Positions 32,425 through 43,000 of a stretch of DNA of 47,011 nucleotides are shown piece by piece; within the stretch, counting starts at the first letter, position 1; the number at the start of each line of letters is the position of its first letter. A model generated the notes under the pieces. That model had not been told where the DNA came from. It made no database searches and saw nothing but the letters and a program-made list of their open reading frames with translations. The stretch spans positions 329,500 to 376,510 of the forward strand of contig NW_024055487.1 in the NCBI RefSeq assembly GCF_902713615.1. Direction: 5' to 3'. This DNA is from Scyliorhinus canicula. Lineage: Eukaryota. Position numbers and translations under genes: made by a program.

Positions 32425-32778
32425 GCAGGGTAGCAGGGTAGCATGGTGGTTAGCATAAATGCTTCACAGCTCCAGGGTCCCAGGTTCGATTCCCGCCTGG
32501 GTCACTGTCTGTGTGGAGTCTGCACGTCCTCCCCCTGTGTGCGTGGGTTTCCTCCGGGTGCTCCGGTTTCCTCCCACAGTCCAAAGATGTGCGGGTTAGG
32601 TGGATTGGCCATGCTAAATTGCCTGTAGTGTCCTAATAAAAGTAAGGTTAAGGGGGGGCTTGTTGGGTTACGGGTATAGGGTGGATATGTAGGTTTGAGT
32701 AGGGTGATCATGGCTCGGCACAACATTGAGGGCCGAAGGGCCTGTTCTGTGCTGTACTGTTCTATGTTCTATGTTCTA
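32425..32778 (+). mobile_element. HE1-type SINE, full length
   Basis: tRNA-like head with GTTCGATTCC, conserved core, tail gagggccgaagggcctgttctgtgctgtactg(ttctatg)n. Confidence 0.9.
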
Positions 32779-32909
32779 AAGACAGTTCAGTTATAATCAC
32801 TCCATATCCAAGAGCTTTCCCTGCCTATGTAGGCCAGTCAATATGACGGGATAACTGCGAGATATTTACTGAGGAGGTATCGGCTGAGACATTGAGCTAC
32901 GTCATATTC

Positions 32910-33598
32910 TGGTGACTAATTCTGGTGGACTCAGACAGCTCTTTGTCCCTTTCATTTTATCAGTTCAACAACTTCAGACTGTGAACTCTCACTTCCCCCT
33001 CCACCACATGTTTTTTCCATCAACTTATCATTCCTTACATTGATATGTTTTACCCTCAGCATCGCCCATCTCCCACCAGCCCATACCATCCTACTTCAGC
33101 AATCTGATCCCTGTTTGTAATTGTTCTCTGACACACTGCTTACCTTTGTTCTGCCCTTAACACATTCTGACCGCTTGATGCGCCATCAGCATCGTTCTTA
33201 GCCTTGATTAGCCTCATTTACATTGCCTTTTTCCTTGTGTCCGAGACATTTTCGTCATTTCCCACCTATTGCTAGCCCTCAATCGATGCCCAATACAGCA
33301 CTCCACCACCCCCACCCCCACCCACAATCGTCTGAATCTCCAGTTCCAGTTCTCCAGCTTTGACAAAGAGTCCACTTGACTGGAAACGACAGCTGCCATT
33401 TCGCTCCCCAGAGGCTGTCAGACCTGCTGAGATTATCCAGTATTTTCTGTTTTTGTTTCCGTTTGAAGCATCCTCAGTAAGTTGCATTTGTCATACATTT
33501 AGACATGTTTGAGATGGTGATTAAATATGTTCATTTGTAAATCGCTGAAATTCTGTTGTGAATGAAGTAGCTGCTAATATCCGAGCTGTGCCAAGATC
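32910..33598 (+). repeat. Detached fragment of the tRNA-array unit (PLE-tail portion)
   Basis: Near-identical to 22160-23045; cut at gccaagat by the CR1 element. Confidence 0.85.
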
Positions 33599-33696
33599 CT
33601 CCTCCTCTAACCAAAAAAAGTGCTGTCCGTTGGATTGCTAAACTAACAAGTTTTTATTTTTTATTTTTCAGTAGTTGGGAAGTTAGTTCAGTGGGA

Positions 33697-34638
33697 ATGG
33701 AGGCTAGGGCAGTTGAATGTTCCTCCTGCAGAATGTTGGAGGAAAGGGTCACCTCTAGTGTCCCTGATGACTACATCTGCGGGAAGTGCACCCAACTCCA
33801 GCTCCTCGAGAGCCGCGTTAGGGACCTGGAGCTGGAGCTGGATGAACTTCGGATCATTCGGGAGGCGGAAGAGGTTATTGAGAGGAGTTATAGGGAGGTA
33901 GTCACACCTCAGGTAAAAGAAGAAGGTAGATGGGTTACCGTCAGGGGAGGGAGCGGGAACCGGCAGGCAGTGCAGGGATCCATTGTGGTCATTCCCCTCT
34001 ATAACAAGTATACCGTTTTGGATACTGTTGCGGGGGACGACCTACCAGGGGTAAGCAATAGGGCACAGGTCTCTGGCACAGAGTCTGTCCCTGTTGCTCA
34101 GAAGGGAAGGGAGAAGAGGAACAGAGCACTTGTCATTGGGGACTCCATAGTTAGAGGAACAGACAAGAGGTTCTGTGGGAACGAAAGAGACTCACGGTTG
34201 GTGTGTTGCCGCCCAGGTGCCAGGGTTCGTGATGTCTCTGATCGTGTTTTTGGGATCCTTAAGGGGGAGGGGGAGCAGCCCCAAGTCGTGGTCCACATAG
34301 GTACCAACGACATAGGTAGGAAGAGAGATGGGGATTTGAGACAGAAATTCAGGGAGCTAGGGTGGAAGCTGAGAGCTAGAACAAACAGAGTTGTTATCTC
34401 TGGGTTGTTACCCGTGCAACGTGCTAGCGAAGTGAGAAATAAGGAGAGAGAGGAGTTGAACACGTGGCTACAGGGATGGTGCAGGAGGGAGGGTTTTGGT
34501 TTCCTGGATAATTGGGGCTCATTCTGGGGTAGGTGGGACCTATACAAACAGGATGGTCTTCACCTGAACCAGAGGGGTACCAATATCCTGGGGGAGAGAT
34601 TTGCTAGTGCTCTTCGAGGGGGGGGGGGGGGGGGTTAA
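33697..34638 (+). CDS. CR1 ORF1: Cys-rich finger, coiled coil, SGNH esterase-like domain
   Basis: CSSC..CGKC, heptad LLESRVRDLELEL, IGDS, HIGTND, DGLH; frame is open. Confidence 0.85.
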   Translation: MEARAVECSSCRMLEERVTSSVPDDYICGKCTQLQLLESRVRDLELELDELRIIREAEEVIERSYREVVTPQVKEEGRWVTVRGGSGNRQAVQGSIVVIPLYNKYTVLDTVAGDDLPGVSNRAQVSGTESVPVAQKGREKRNRALVIGDSIVRGTDKRFCGNERDSRLVCCRPGARVRDVSDRVFGILKGEGEQPQVVVHIGTNDIGRKRDGDLRQKFRELGWKLRARTNRVVISGLLPVQRASEVRNKEREELNTWLQGWCRREGFGFLDNWGSFWGRWDLYKQDGLHLNQRGTNILGERFASALRGGGGGG

Positions 34639-34639
34639 A

Positions 34640-37530
34640 CTATTTCAGCAGGGGGATGGGAACCTAAATTGTAGTCCCAGTGTACAGGATGTTGAGAGTA
34701 GTGAGGTCAGGGATAGGGTTAAAAGTTCGAAAGAGGGCACCGGCAAGCAAGACACTGGTTTGAAGTGTGTCTACTTCAACGCCTGGAGCATCCGGAATAA
34801 GGTGGGTGAGCTTGCAGCATGGGTTGGTACCTGGGATCTCGATGTTGTGGCGATTTCGGAGACATGGGTAGAGCAGGGACAGGAATGGTTGTTGCAGGTT
34901 CCAGGATTTAGATGTTTCTGTAAGAACAGAGAAGATGGTAAAAGAGGGGGGGGGGGGTGGCATTGTTAATCAAGGAAAGTATTACGGCGGTAGAAAGGAC
35001 GTTTGAGGACTCGTCTACTGAGGTAGTATGGGCCGAGGTTAGGAACAGGAGAGGAGAGGTCACTCTATTGGGAGTTGTCTATAGACCTCCGAATAGTTCC
35101 AGAGATGTAGAGGAAAGGATTGCAAATATGATTCTCGACAGGAGCGAGAGTAACAGGGTAGTTGTTATGGGGGACGTTAACTTTCCAAGTATTGACTGGA
35201 AATACTATAGTTCGAGTACTATAGATGGGTCAGTTTTTGTACAGTGTGTGCAGGAGGGTTTTCTGACACAGTATGTAGACAGGCCAACAAGGGGCGAGGC
35301 CACATTGGATTTGGTGACGGGTAATAAACCCGGCCAGGTGTTAGATTTAGATGTAGGTGAGCACTTTGGTGATAGTGATCACAACTCGGTTATGTTTACT
35401 TTAGCAATGGGCAGGGAAAGGTATATACCGCAAGGCAAGAATTATAGCTGGGGGAAAGGCAATTATGATGCTATTCGACAAGATTTAGGATGTATAGGAT
35501 GGGGAAGGAAACTGCAGGGGATGGGTACAATCGAAATGTGGAGCTTTTTCAAGGAACAGCTACTGCGTGTCCTTGGTAAGTATGTACTTGTCAGGCAGGG
35601 AGGAAGTTGTCGAGCAAGGGAACCGTGGTTTACTAAGGAAGTTGAAGCACTTGTCAAGAGGAAGAAGAAGGCTTATGTTAGGATGAGACATGAAGGCTCA
35701 GTTAGGGCACTTGAGAGTTACAAGTTAGCCAGGAAGGACCTAAAAGGGAGAGTTAAGAAGAGCGAGGAGAGGGCACGAAAAGTCGTTGGCAGATAAGATC
35801 AAGGAAAACCCTAAGGCTTTCTATAGGTATATCAGGAACAAAAGAATGACTAGAGTAAGATTAGGGCCAATCAAGGATAGCAGTGGAAAGTTGTGTGTGG
35901 AATCAGAGGAGATAGGGGAAGCGTTAAATGGATATTTTTCGTCAGTGTTTACACTGGAGAAAGACAATGTTGTTGAGGAGAACACTCAGGTTCAGTCGAC
36001 CAGGCTAGATAGAATTGAGGTTCAAAAGGAGGAGGTATTAGCAATTTTGGAAAATGTCAAAATAGATAAGTCCCCTGGGCCAGATGGGATTTATCCTAGG
36101 ATTCGCTGGAAAGCCAGGGAGGAGATTGCAGAGCCTCTGTCCTTGATCTTTATGTCGTCTTTGTCGACAGGAATAGTGCCGGAAGACTGGAGGATAGGAA
36201 ATGTTGTCCCCTTGTTCAAGAAGGGGAGTAGAGACAACCCTGGTAATTATAGACCTGTGAGCCTTACTTCGGTTGTGCGTAAAATGTTGGAAAAGGTTAT
36301 AAGAGATAGGGTTTATAATCACCTTGAAAAGAACAAGTTGATTAGCGATAGTCAACACGGTTTTGTGAAGGGTAGGTCATGCCTCACAAACCTTATTGAG
36401 TTTTTTGAGAAGGTGACCAAACAGGTGGATGAGGGTAAAGCGGTTGATGTGGTGTATATGGATTTCAGTAAGGCGTTTGATAAGTTTCCCCACGGTAGGC
36501 TATTGCAGAAAATAAGGAAGTATGGGATTGAAGGTGATTTAGCCGTTTGGATCAGTAATTGGTTAGCTGAAAGAAGACAGAGGGTGGTGGTTGATGGCAA
36601 ATGTTCATCCTGGAGTTCAGCTACTAGTGGTGTACCGCAAGGATCTGTTTTGGGGCCACTGCTGTTTGTCATTTTTATAAATGACCTGGAAGAGGGTGTA
36701 GAAGGATGGGTTAGTAAATTTGCAGATGACACGAAGGTCGGTGGAGTTGTGGATAGTGCTGAGGATAGTGCTATAGGATACAGAGGGACATAGATAAGCT
36801 GCAGAGCTGGGCTGAGAGGTGGCAGATGGAGTTTAATGCGGAAAAGTGTGAGGTGGTTCACTTTGGAAGGAGTAACAAGAATGCAGAGTACTGGGCTAAT
36901 GGCAAGATTCTTGGTAGTGTAGATGAACAGAGAGATCTCGGCATCCAGGTACATAAATCCCTGAAAGTTGCCACCCAGGTTAATAGGGCTGTTAAGAAGG
37001 CATATGGTGTGCTAGGCTTTATCAGCAGGGGGATTGAGTTTCGGAGCCACAAGGTCATGCTGCAGCTGTACATAACTCTGGTGCGGCCGCACCTGGAGTA
37101 CTGCGTGAAGTTCTGGTCACCACATTATAGGAAGGATGTGGAAGCTTTGGAAAGGGTTCAGAGGAGATTCACTAGGATGTTGCCTGGTATGGAGGGAAGG
37201 TCTTACGAGGAAAGGCTCAGGGACTTGAGGTTGTTTTCGTTAGAGAGGAGAAGGCTGAGAGGTGACTTAATAGAGACATATAAGATAGTCAGAGGGTTAG
37301 ATAGGGTGGACAGTGAGAGTCTTTTGCCTCGGATGGTGATGACCAACACGAGGGGACGTAGCTTTAAATTGAGGGGTGTTAGATATAGGACAGATGTCAG
37401 AGGCAGTTTCTTTACTCAGAGAGTAGTAGGGGTGTGGAACGCCCTGCCTGCAACAGTAGTAGACTCGCCAACTTTAAGGGCATTTAAGTGGTCACTGGAT
37501 AGACATATGGATGAAAATGAAATAGTGTAG
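34640..37530 (+). pseudogene. CR1 ORF2 (APE endonuclease + RT) with three frameshifts
   Basis: [46 protein letters not shown]; breaks near 34955, 35790 and 36790. Confidence 0.9.
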
Positions 37531-37683
37531 GTCAGATAGGCTTCAGATGGTTTCACAGGTCGGCGCAACATCGAGGGCCGAAGGGCCCGTACTGCGCTGT
37601 AGTGTTCTATGCTTTATCACCCCACAGCCAGCACTGCCAGTTCTGCCCCACAGCCATCACTGCCAGTGCTTACCGACAGCCAG

Positions 37684-38627
37684 TGTTGCTCGTTCTGGTT
37701 GATTGTGCTTAACACTCGATTTGGCTCTGTTTCGTTACTTAGCTTTGGAGTTGCCAGGTATCGTTAAGATACCGCCTCAAGTTTCAAGGTCAAGTTCAAA
37801 GCAATAAAACCATACACCAATTAGTAAGTTCAAACAAATGAGTTTATTATAATACAGTTATAAACTACTCGTGCACATGCTAAGATGATTAAACTATGTT
37901 CTATTCCTACCACTAAATAGATCAATACTTATCTGAATAAGGAACTGCCGGATCAGGGGAACAATGGCCTCTTGCTCTGCATTGTGTCCGCAGACTTCAG
38001 GTTGATACGGGTTAAAAGGGGTCAGGAGTGTCTATCTCTGGTAGCGATCGTTGTGAGACACTTACTTGCTGGTGGCTGCTGTCCGAACCTCTCCTCTCTC
38101 TCGGTCAAGGTCTTCTTCGGTAAAGGCTGGTCGAGAGGGCTGGTCAAGAGAGGAGGGCTGGTCTAGAAGAACGAACTAAGTTTGGGACCTGTCTTTTATA
38201 GGTCCTAGAGCTTCGCGCCCTTTTGGGCGGACCCTTTTCCTGCTGTGAATCGATTGGGTCTCTTCCCAATCGATTTGTTTGAATCACCCCAATACTGAGG
38301 CTGTCCCTCGGTTACTGGGCGGGCCTTCAGGTGCTTTGTCTTCGAATCCCGCTGGTGCCGGGGTGTCTGGTTTCTCATACACTGTTGCAATCACTTCCCT
38401 ATCTGTGTCCATTGTCCCTGGGATCGTTCCATTACTATGTTAACTATCCCGGAGATTGGCTCATTAGTATGCAGAATGTTCGTTTTGGTGCTGTCTGCTC
38501 TCTTAGCAGACAGAATTCCCAGTGGCTTGTTGCGGCGTGCTTGTGCTGCAAACTTTGTCCATTTTACCCTGCAAGCTTTGCATTCCTCCATTTTGTATTG
38601 AGGGAATGCCCAACTTCGGTGGCTACA
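37684..38627 (-). mobile_element. Probable solo LTR
   Basis: TG..CA termini, minus-strand TATAAAA (38194-38200) and AATAAA (37843-37848); it splits the minisatellite. The TSD is imperfect (ccag/acag). Confidence 0.65.
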
Positions 38628-39704
38628 ACAGCATTGCCAGTGCTCCCCTGACAGCCAGCACTGCAAGTGCCCCCCCCCCCCACAGCCAGCACTGTCAGTG
38701 CTCCCTCCCCACAGCCAGAACTGCCAGTGCTCCCCCACAGGCAGCTATGCCAGTGCTCCCCTACAGCCAGCACTGCCAGTGCTCCCCGCCCACAGCCAGC
38801 ACTGCTCGTGCTCCCCCACAGCCAGCACTGCCAGTGCTCCCCCACAGCCATCAGTACCAGTGCTCCCCCCACATCCTGCACTGCTAGTATTCCCCCACAG
38901 CCAGCATTGCCAGTCCTCCCCCACAGCCATCAGTACCAGTGCTCCCCCTACATCCTGCACTGCTAGTATTCCCCACAGCCAGCATTGCCAGTCCTCCCCC
39001 ACACCAATCAGTACCAGTGCTCCCCCCACAGCCTGCACTGCTAGTGTTCCCCACAGCCAGCGTTGCCAGTGCTCCCCCACAGCCGGCACTGGAAGAGCCA
39101 CCCCCCACAGCCAGCACTGCCAGTGCTCCAACCCACAGCCGACGCTGCCAGAGCCAACCCCAGTCAGCACTTCCAGTGCTCCCACCCACACTCTGCATTG
39201 CCAGTGCTCCCCCACAGCCAGCACTGCCAGTACCCCCACAGCCACCACTGTCAGTACCCCCACCTCAGCCAGCACTGTCAGTACCCCCACAGCCAGCACT
39301 GCCAGTGCCCTCCCACAGCCAGCACTGCCAGTGCCCCTCCCCACAGCCAGCACTGCCAGTGCCCCTCCCCACAGACAGCACTGCCAGTGCCCTCCCACAG
39401 CCAGCACTGCCAGTGCCCCCCCCAACAGCCAGCACTACCAGTGCTCACCGTCACAGCCAGTACTGCCAGTGCTCACCGCCACAGCCAGTACTGCCAGTGC
39501 TCCCCCGCAACCAGCACTGCCAGTGCACCTCCCCCACAGCCAGCACTGCCGGTGTTCCCCCCACAGCCAGCACTGCCAGTGCACCTCCCCCACAGCCAGC
39601 ACTGCCAGTGCTCCCCGCCACAGCCAGCACTGCCAGTGCTCCCCCCACACAGCCAGCACTGCCAGTGCCACCCCACAGCCAGCACTGCCAGTGTCCCACA
39701 CACA
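38628..39704. repeat. C-rich ~27-bp minisatellite (cccccacagccagcactgccagtgct); a remnant also lies at 37618-37683
   Basis: Several dozen imperfect tandem copies. Confidence 0.95.
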
Positions 39705-40005
39705 GCTGATTGGCTGAGTGGCTGTCAATCAGCGGCTGGAGCTGCTGATTGGCTGAGAGGCTGTCAGTCAGCGGCTGGAGCTGCTGGTTGGCTGAGAGGC
39801 TGTGTGTCTGCGGTTGGAGCTGCTGATTGGCTGAGAGGCTGTCAGTCAGACGCTGAGGCTGCTGTTTGGCTGAGAGACTGTCAGTCAGCGGCTGGAGCTG
39901 CTGGTTGGCTGAGAGGTTGTCGGTCAGAGGCTGGAGCTGCTGATTGGCTGAGAGGCTGTCAGTCAGCGGCTGGAGCTGCTGATTGGCTGAGAGGCTGTCA
40001 GTCAG
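39705..40005. repeat. 39-bp minisatellite (gctgattggctgagaggctgtcagtcagcggctggagct), 7.7 copies
   Basis: Direct inspection of the tandem units. Confidence 0.95.
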
Positions 40006-43000
40006 GTTGATTTGCTCATTAATTTAATAATTGATGTAACCGGATATTTCACCGCGATCTTGATCTGCACCCTGAACCTGGACTGAGTCACCACATAAAT
40101 AAATGTGTTTGTGCAGCAATTTAAGTCCCGCAGCATAAATCCGACTTGTTGCAAATTATATTGAGGATCGGTGAGGTAATAAACATCTGACAAATCCAGA
40201 TAGAAAAATTTAATAACAGACACGGTCCAGAGGAGAATGAAAGCTCCGGAGATGCTGAAGAGTAAAATCATTGACTTCCTTCTGCTCTCCATCTCTGGAT
40301 CTGTGCGATTGTCTCCCTGACTCTGAGCCCTCAGTGTCTTCCGGACCCGACTGGTGAGTAAAATATGTCTGACTGTCAGGGCGTTGGTCAACAGGATTGA
40401 GAAGAACGGGATCAATGGGGTTAAAACCTGATCAAACCAGGAATATCCAACCCATCCCGGGTCAGTGAAATAGCTGCTCTTTGTATGACAGCCCCATTGG
40501 ACATTGTCGATTATCGTCACAGGTTCATATATAAAGTACAGGGGGATGCTTTTCACACAGAGCAGGATGCTGCTTGTGGACAGAACCACACCCGCAGTTT
40601 TCCCGGTACAATATTTAGTTTTCAGTTTCTGGCAGCGAATGGCCATAAATCGATCAAAGGAGAAAGTGAGGGTGAACCAAACAGAACAGTCCTTGGCTAC
40701 AGACAGCAGGACAGATTTAACACGGCACACAGGGGTGAGGGACAGGAAATTCAGGGGAAAGTAATAAACATTGATCCTGTTCAGTATGGCTTTAGTGATA
40801 ATATACAGCAGATCCGCCGTTGCCATGGCCACCAGGTAGCGAGTGGTGCAGGTAGAGAGACCACACTTCCCCCGACACAGAATCACAATTCCCAGTAAAT
40901 GAACTGTCAGAGAGAGAAAGGAGAGACGCGGGAAATTACTGGATAATCAATCTCCCTGTCTGAACATAATCTCAGCATCAATATTCTCGACAGTGGGTGG
41001 GTGGGGGTGTTGGGACAGGAGTGGGCACAGAGATTAACATTGCAGAGAGGGAAGTAGGAAATGTAACTCCAGTGTTAAAGATGGGGAATGGGGGGAAAAG
41101 TGTGGATTGCAGCCCTGTCAGTTTAATGGCAGTGGTAGGAAAATGTTTATAATTCAGACACCTTTGGGAGAGGTTACATTTCTCATTTAGTCTGATTTAC
41201 AGGATTCACTCATGCCGGCCAGGTTTCCCAAACCGGATACAAACATACCAGAGATTGTCATCCCTGCTCAGATATTGGACCAAACCCCGGATTGGACCGT
41301 TCCCTGGACTGGGTTTCTGATGGGGTTGGACCCCACTCCTGGTTTATTTGAATCCTACACGATCAATGGAAAAATAAAACAAACGCAGGACCTCCCCACT
41401 TCATAACCATGGGAGAAATAGAAATATAGAATGTATAGTGCAAAAAGAGGCCATTCAGCCCATCAAGTCTGCACCGGCCCTTGGAAAGTAAACACCAGTT
41501 AAGACCACCCCATCCCCATAACCCAGTGACTTCATCTAAATTGTTTGGAAACTAAACACAATTTATCATGGCCAATCCACCAAACCGGCATATCTTTGGA
41601 CTGTGGGAGGAAACCTGGGCACCCGGAGGAAACCCACGCAGACACGGGGAGAACTGCAGTCTCTACACAGTCACCAAAGGTAGGAATTGATTCAGGGACC
41701 CTGGTGCTGTGAGGCAGCAGTGCAAACCACTGTGTCACTGTGCCAACCAATGTCATTGGGAAGGGAGAGAACAGGACAAAGCGGATGGGATTAAGAGAGA
41801 AAGAAATGATCTTGCTGGGCTGGAACAGGCCGAAATAATGTGTCTACTGGGACTTTCCTGTTTGTGGATTTTGGGAAGGAGGTAGAAGCGGGAGGTTGAT
41901 GCAGGATGTGTGGGGTTATGGGACTATGATGTCCGAGGCTGTGGACAGAGGATATCCAGAGCCAAAGAGGTCAGTGAGTGTCCTGGGAACAATATCATGA
42001 TGTTTGGTGGTGTGCTGCTGGTTCAGGAGGAGGTAGCAGGATGGGCCTGAGAGTTGACGGTCAGTCTCTGTGAGGAATAAGTCAGTACACCAGACAATAA
42101 TGGTACCACCCTTGTGGGTCGCTCAGGTCACTAGGTCAGGGTTGGATATTAGAGAGAGGATTGGAACAAGTTTCGAGTGAGTCAGGATAGAGTTGGTGAG
42201 AGGCACAGAGAAATTGAGACGGTCGATGTCGCACTGACAGATCTCAATGAAAAGATCAAGAGCTGATAGGAGGCCAGAGGGTGGGGTCCGGGTAGAGGGA
42301 GATTACTGGAGGCAGATGGATTTCAGCAACAAATATTCATAAAATAGACAGTGAGAAACAGCAGAGACAATATTATCTACTCACTGATCACCATCAGAAT
42401 AATTGCCAAAGAATTGAAAAGCAGAAGTCGGTCTCTGTTATTCTTGAATTTAGAACAGAATATAATAAAATCTTCCAGTCACAATGTCAACAGTAGGAAA
42501 AATGGAATTAGAAGCCTGAGTGAAAGAAATCCAGTAACACAGAGTCTACTAAATAGTCGGCACATATTCCAAAGTCAACATCATTCCTGACACATTTCAT
42601 CCAATTATTGTAATAACTATCAGAAATAATAAATCTGAGTAGTATAATAGATGTTAAACAATTTGAGTTTCTAAAGGCCATCAGTAAGATCCAACATAAC
42701 AGACTGATGAGTAATCTCAGAGCCAGTGGAGTTAGGGGACACAGCAGCAGAATGGGCACATGCTGGCGACACACACACAAAACAGGGAGAGGAGGCAAAG
42801 GGATTTAGGCTGATTGGTGGAAGGTGGGAGGTGGTGTTCCACAAGGATCAGCACTGGGATCATTCTCCTTCACCATTCCCATCATCAGTACGGAATCGGG
42901 AAGCAGAAAGATAATTACACAATTTACAGACAAAATCAAATTGAGAGTGATAGTGAATGCAGAGGAAGAATACAACTAATTACAAGAACACATAATAAGT

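Larger units (their letters stand above)
33599..37612 (+). mobile_element. CR1-clade (HER1-like) LINE, near full length
   Basis: ORF1 esterase, ORF2 APE+RT, and a 3' tail shared with the HE1 SINE. Confidence 0.92.

Noticed and set aside
38628-39704. Palindromic repeat resembling a CRISPR array, and long Pro/Ser/Ala/Cys-rich ORFs (256-339 aa)
   Set aside because: There are no unique spacers, no cas genes and the context is eukaryotic. The ORFs are stop-free translations of the repeat in several frames.
42340-42620. Hydrophobic minus-strand stretch (LLIPFFLLL) resembling a second GPCR fragment
   Set aside because: Too short and stop-ridden to assign.
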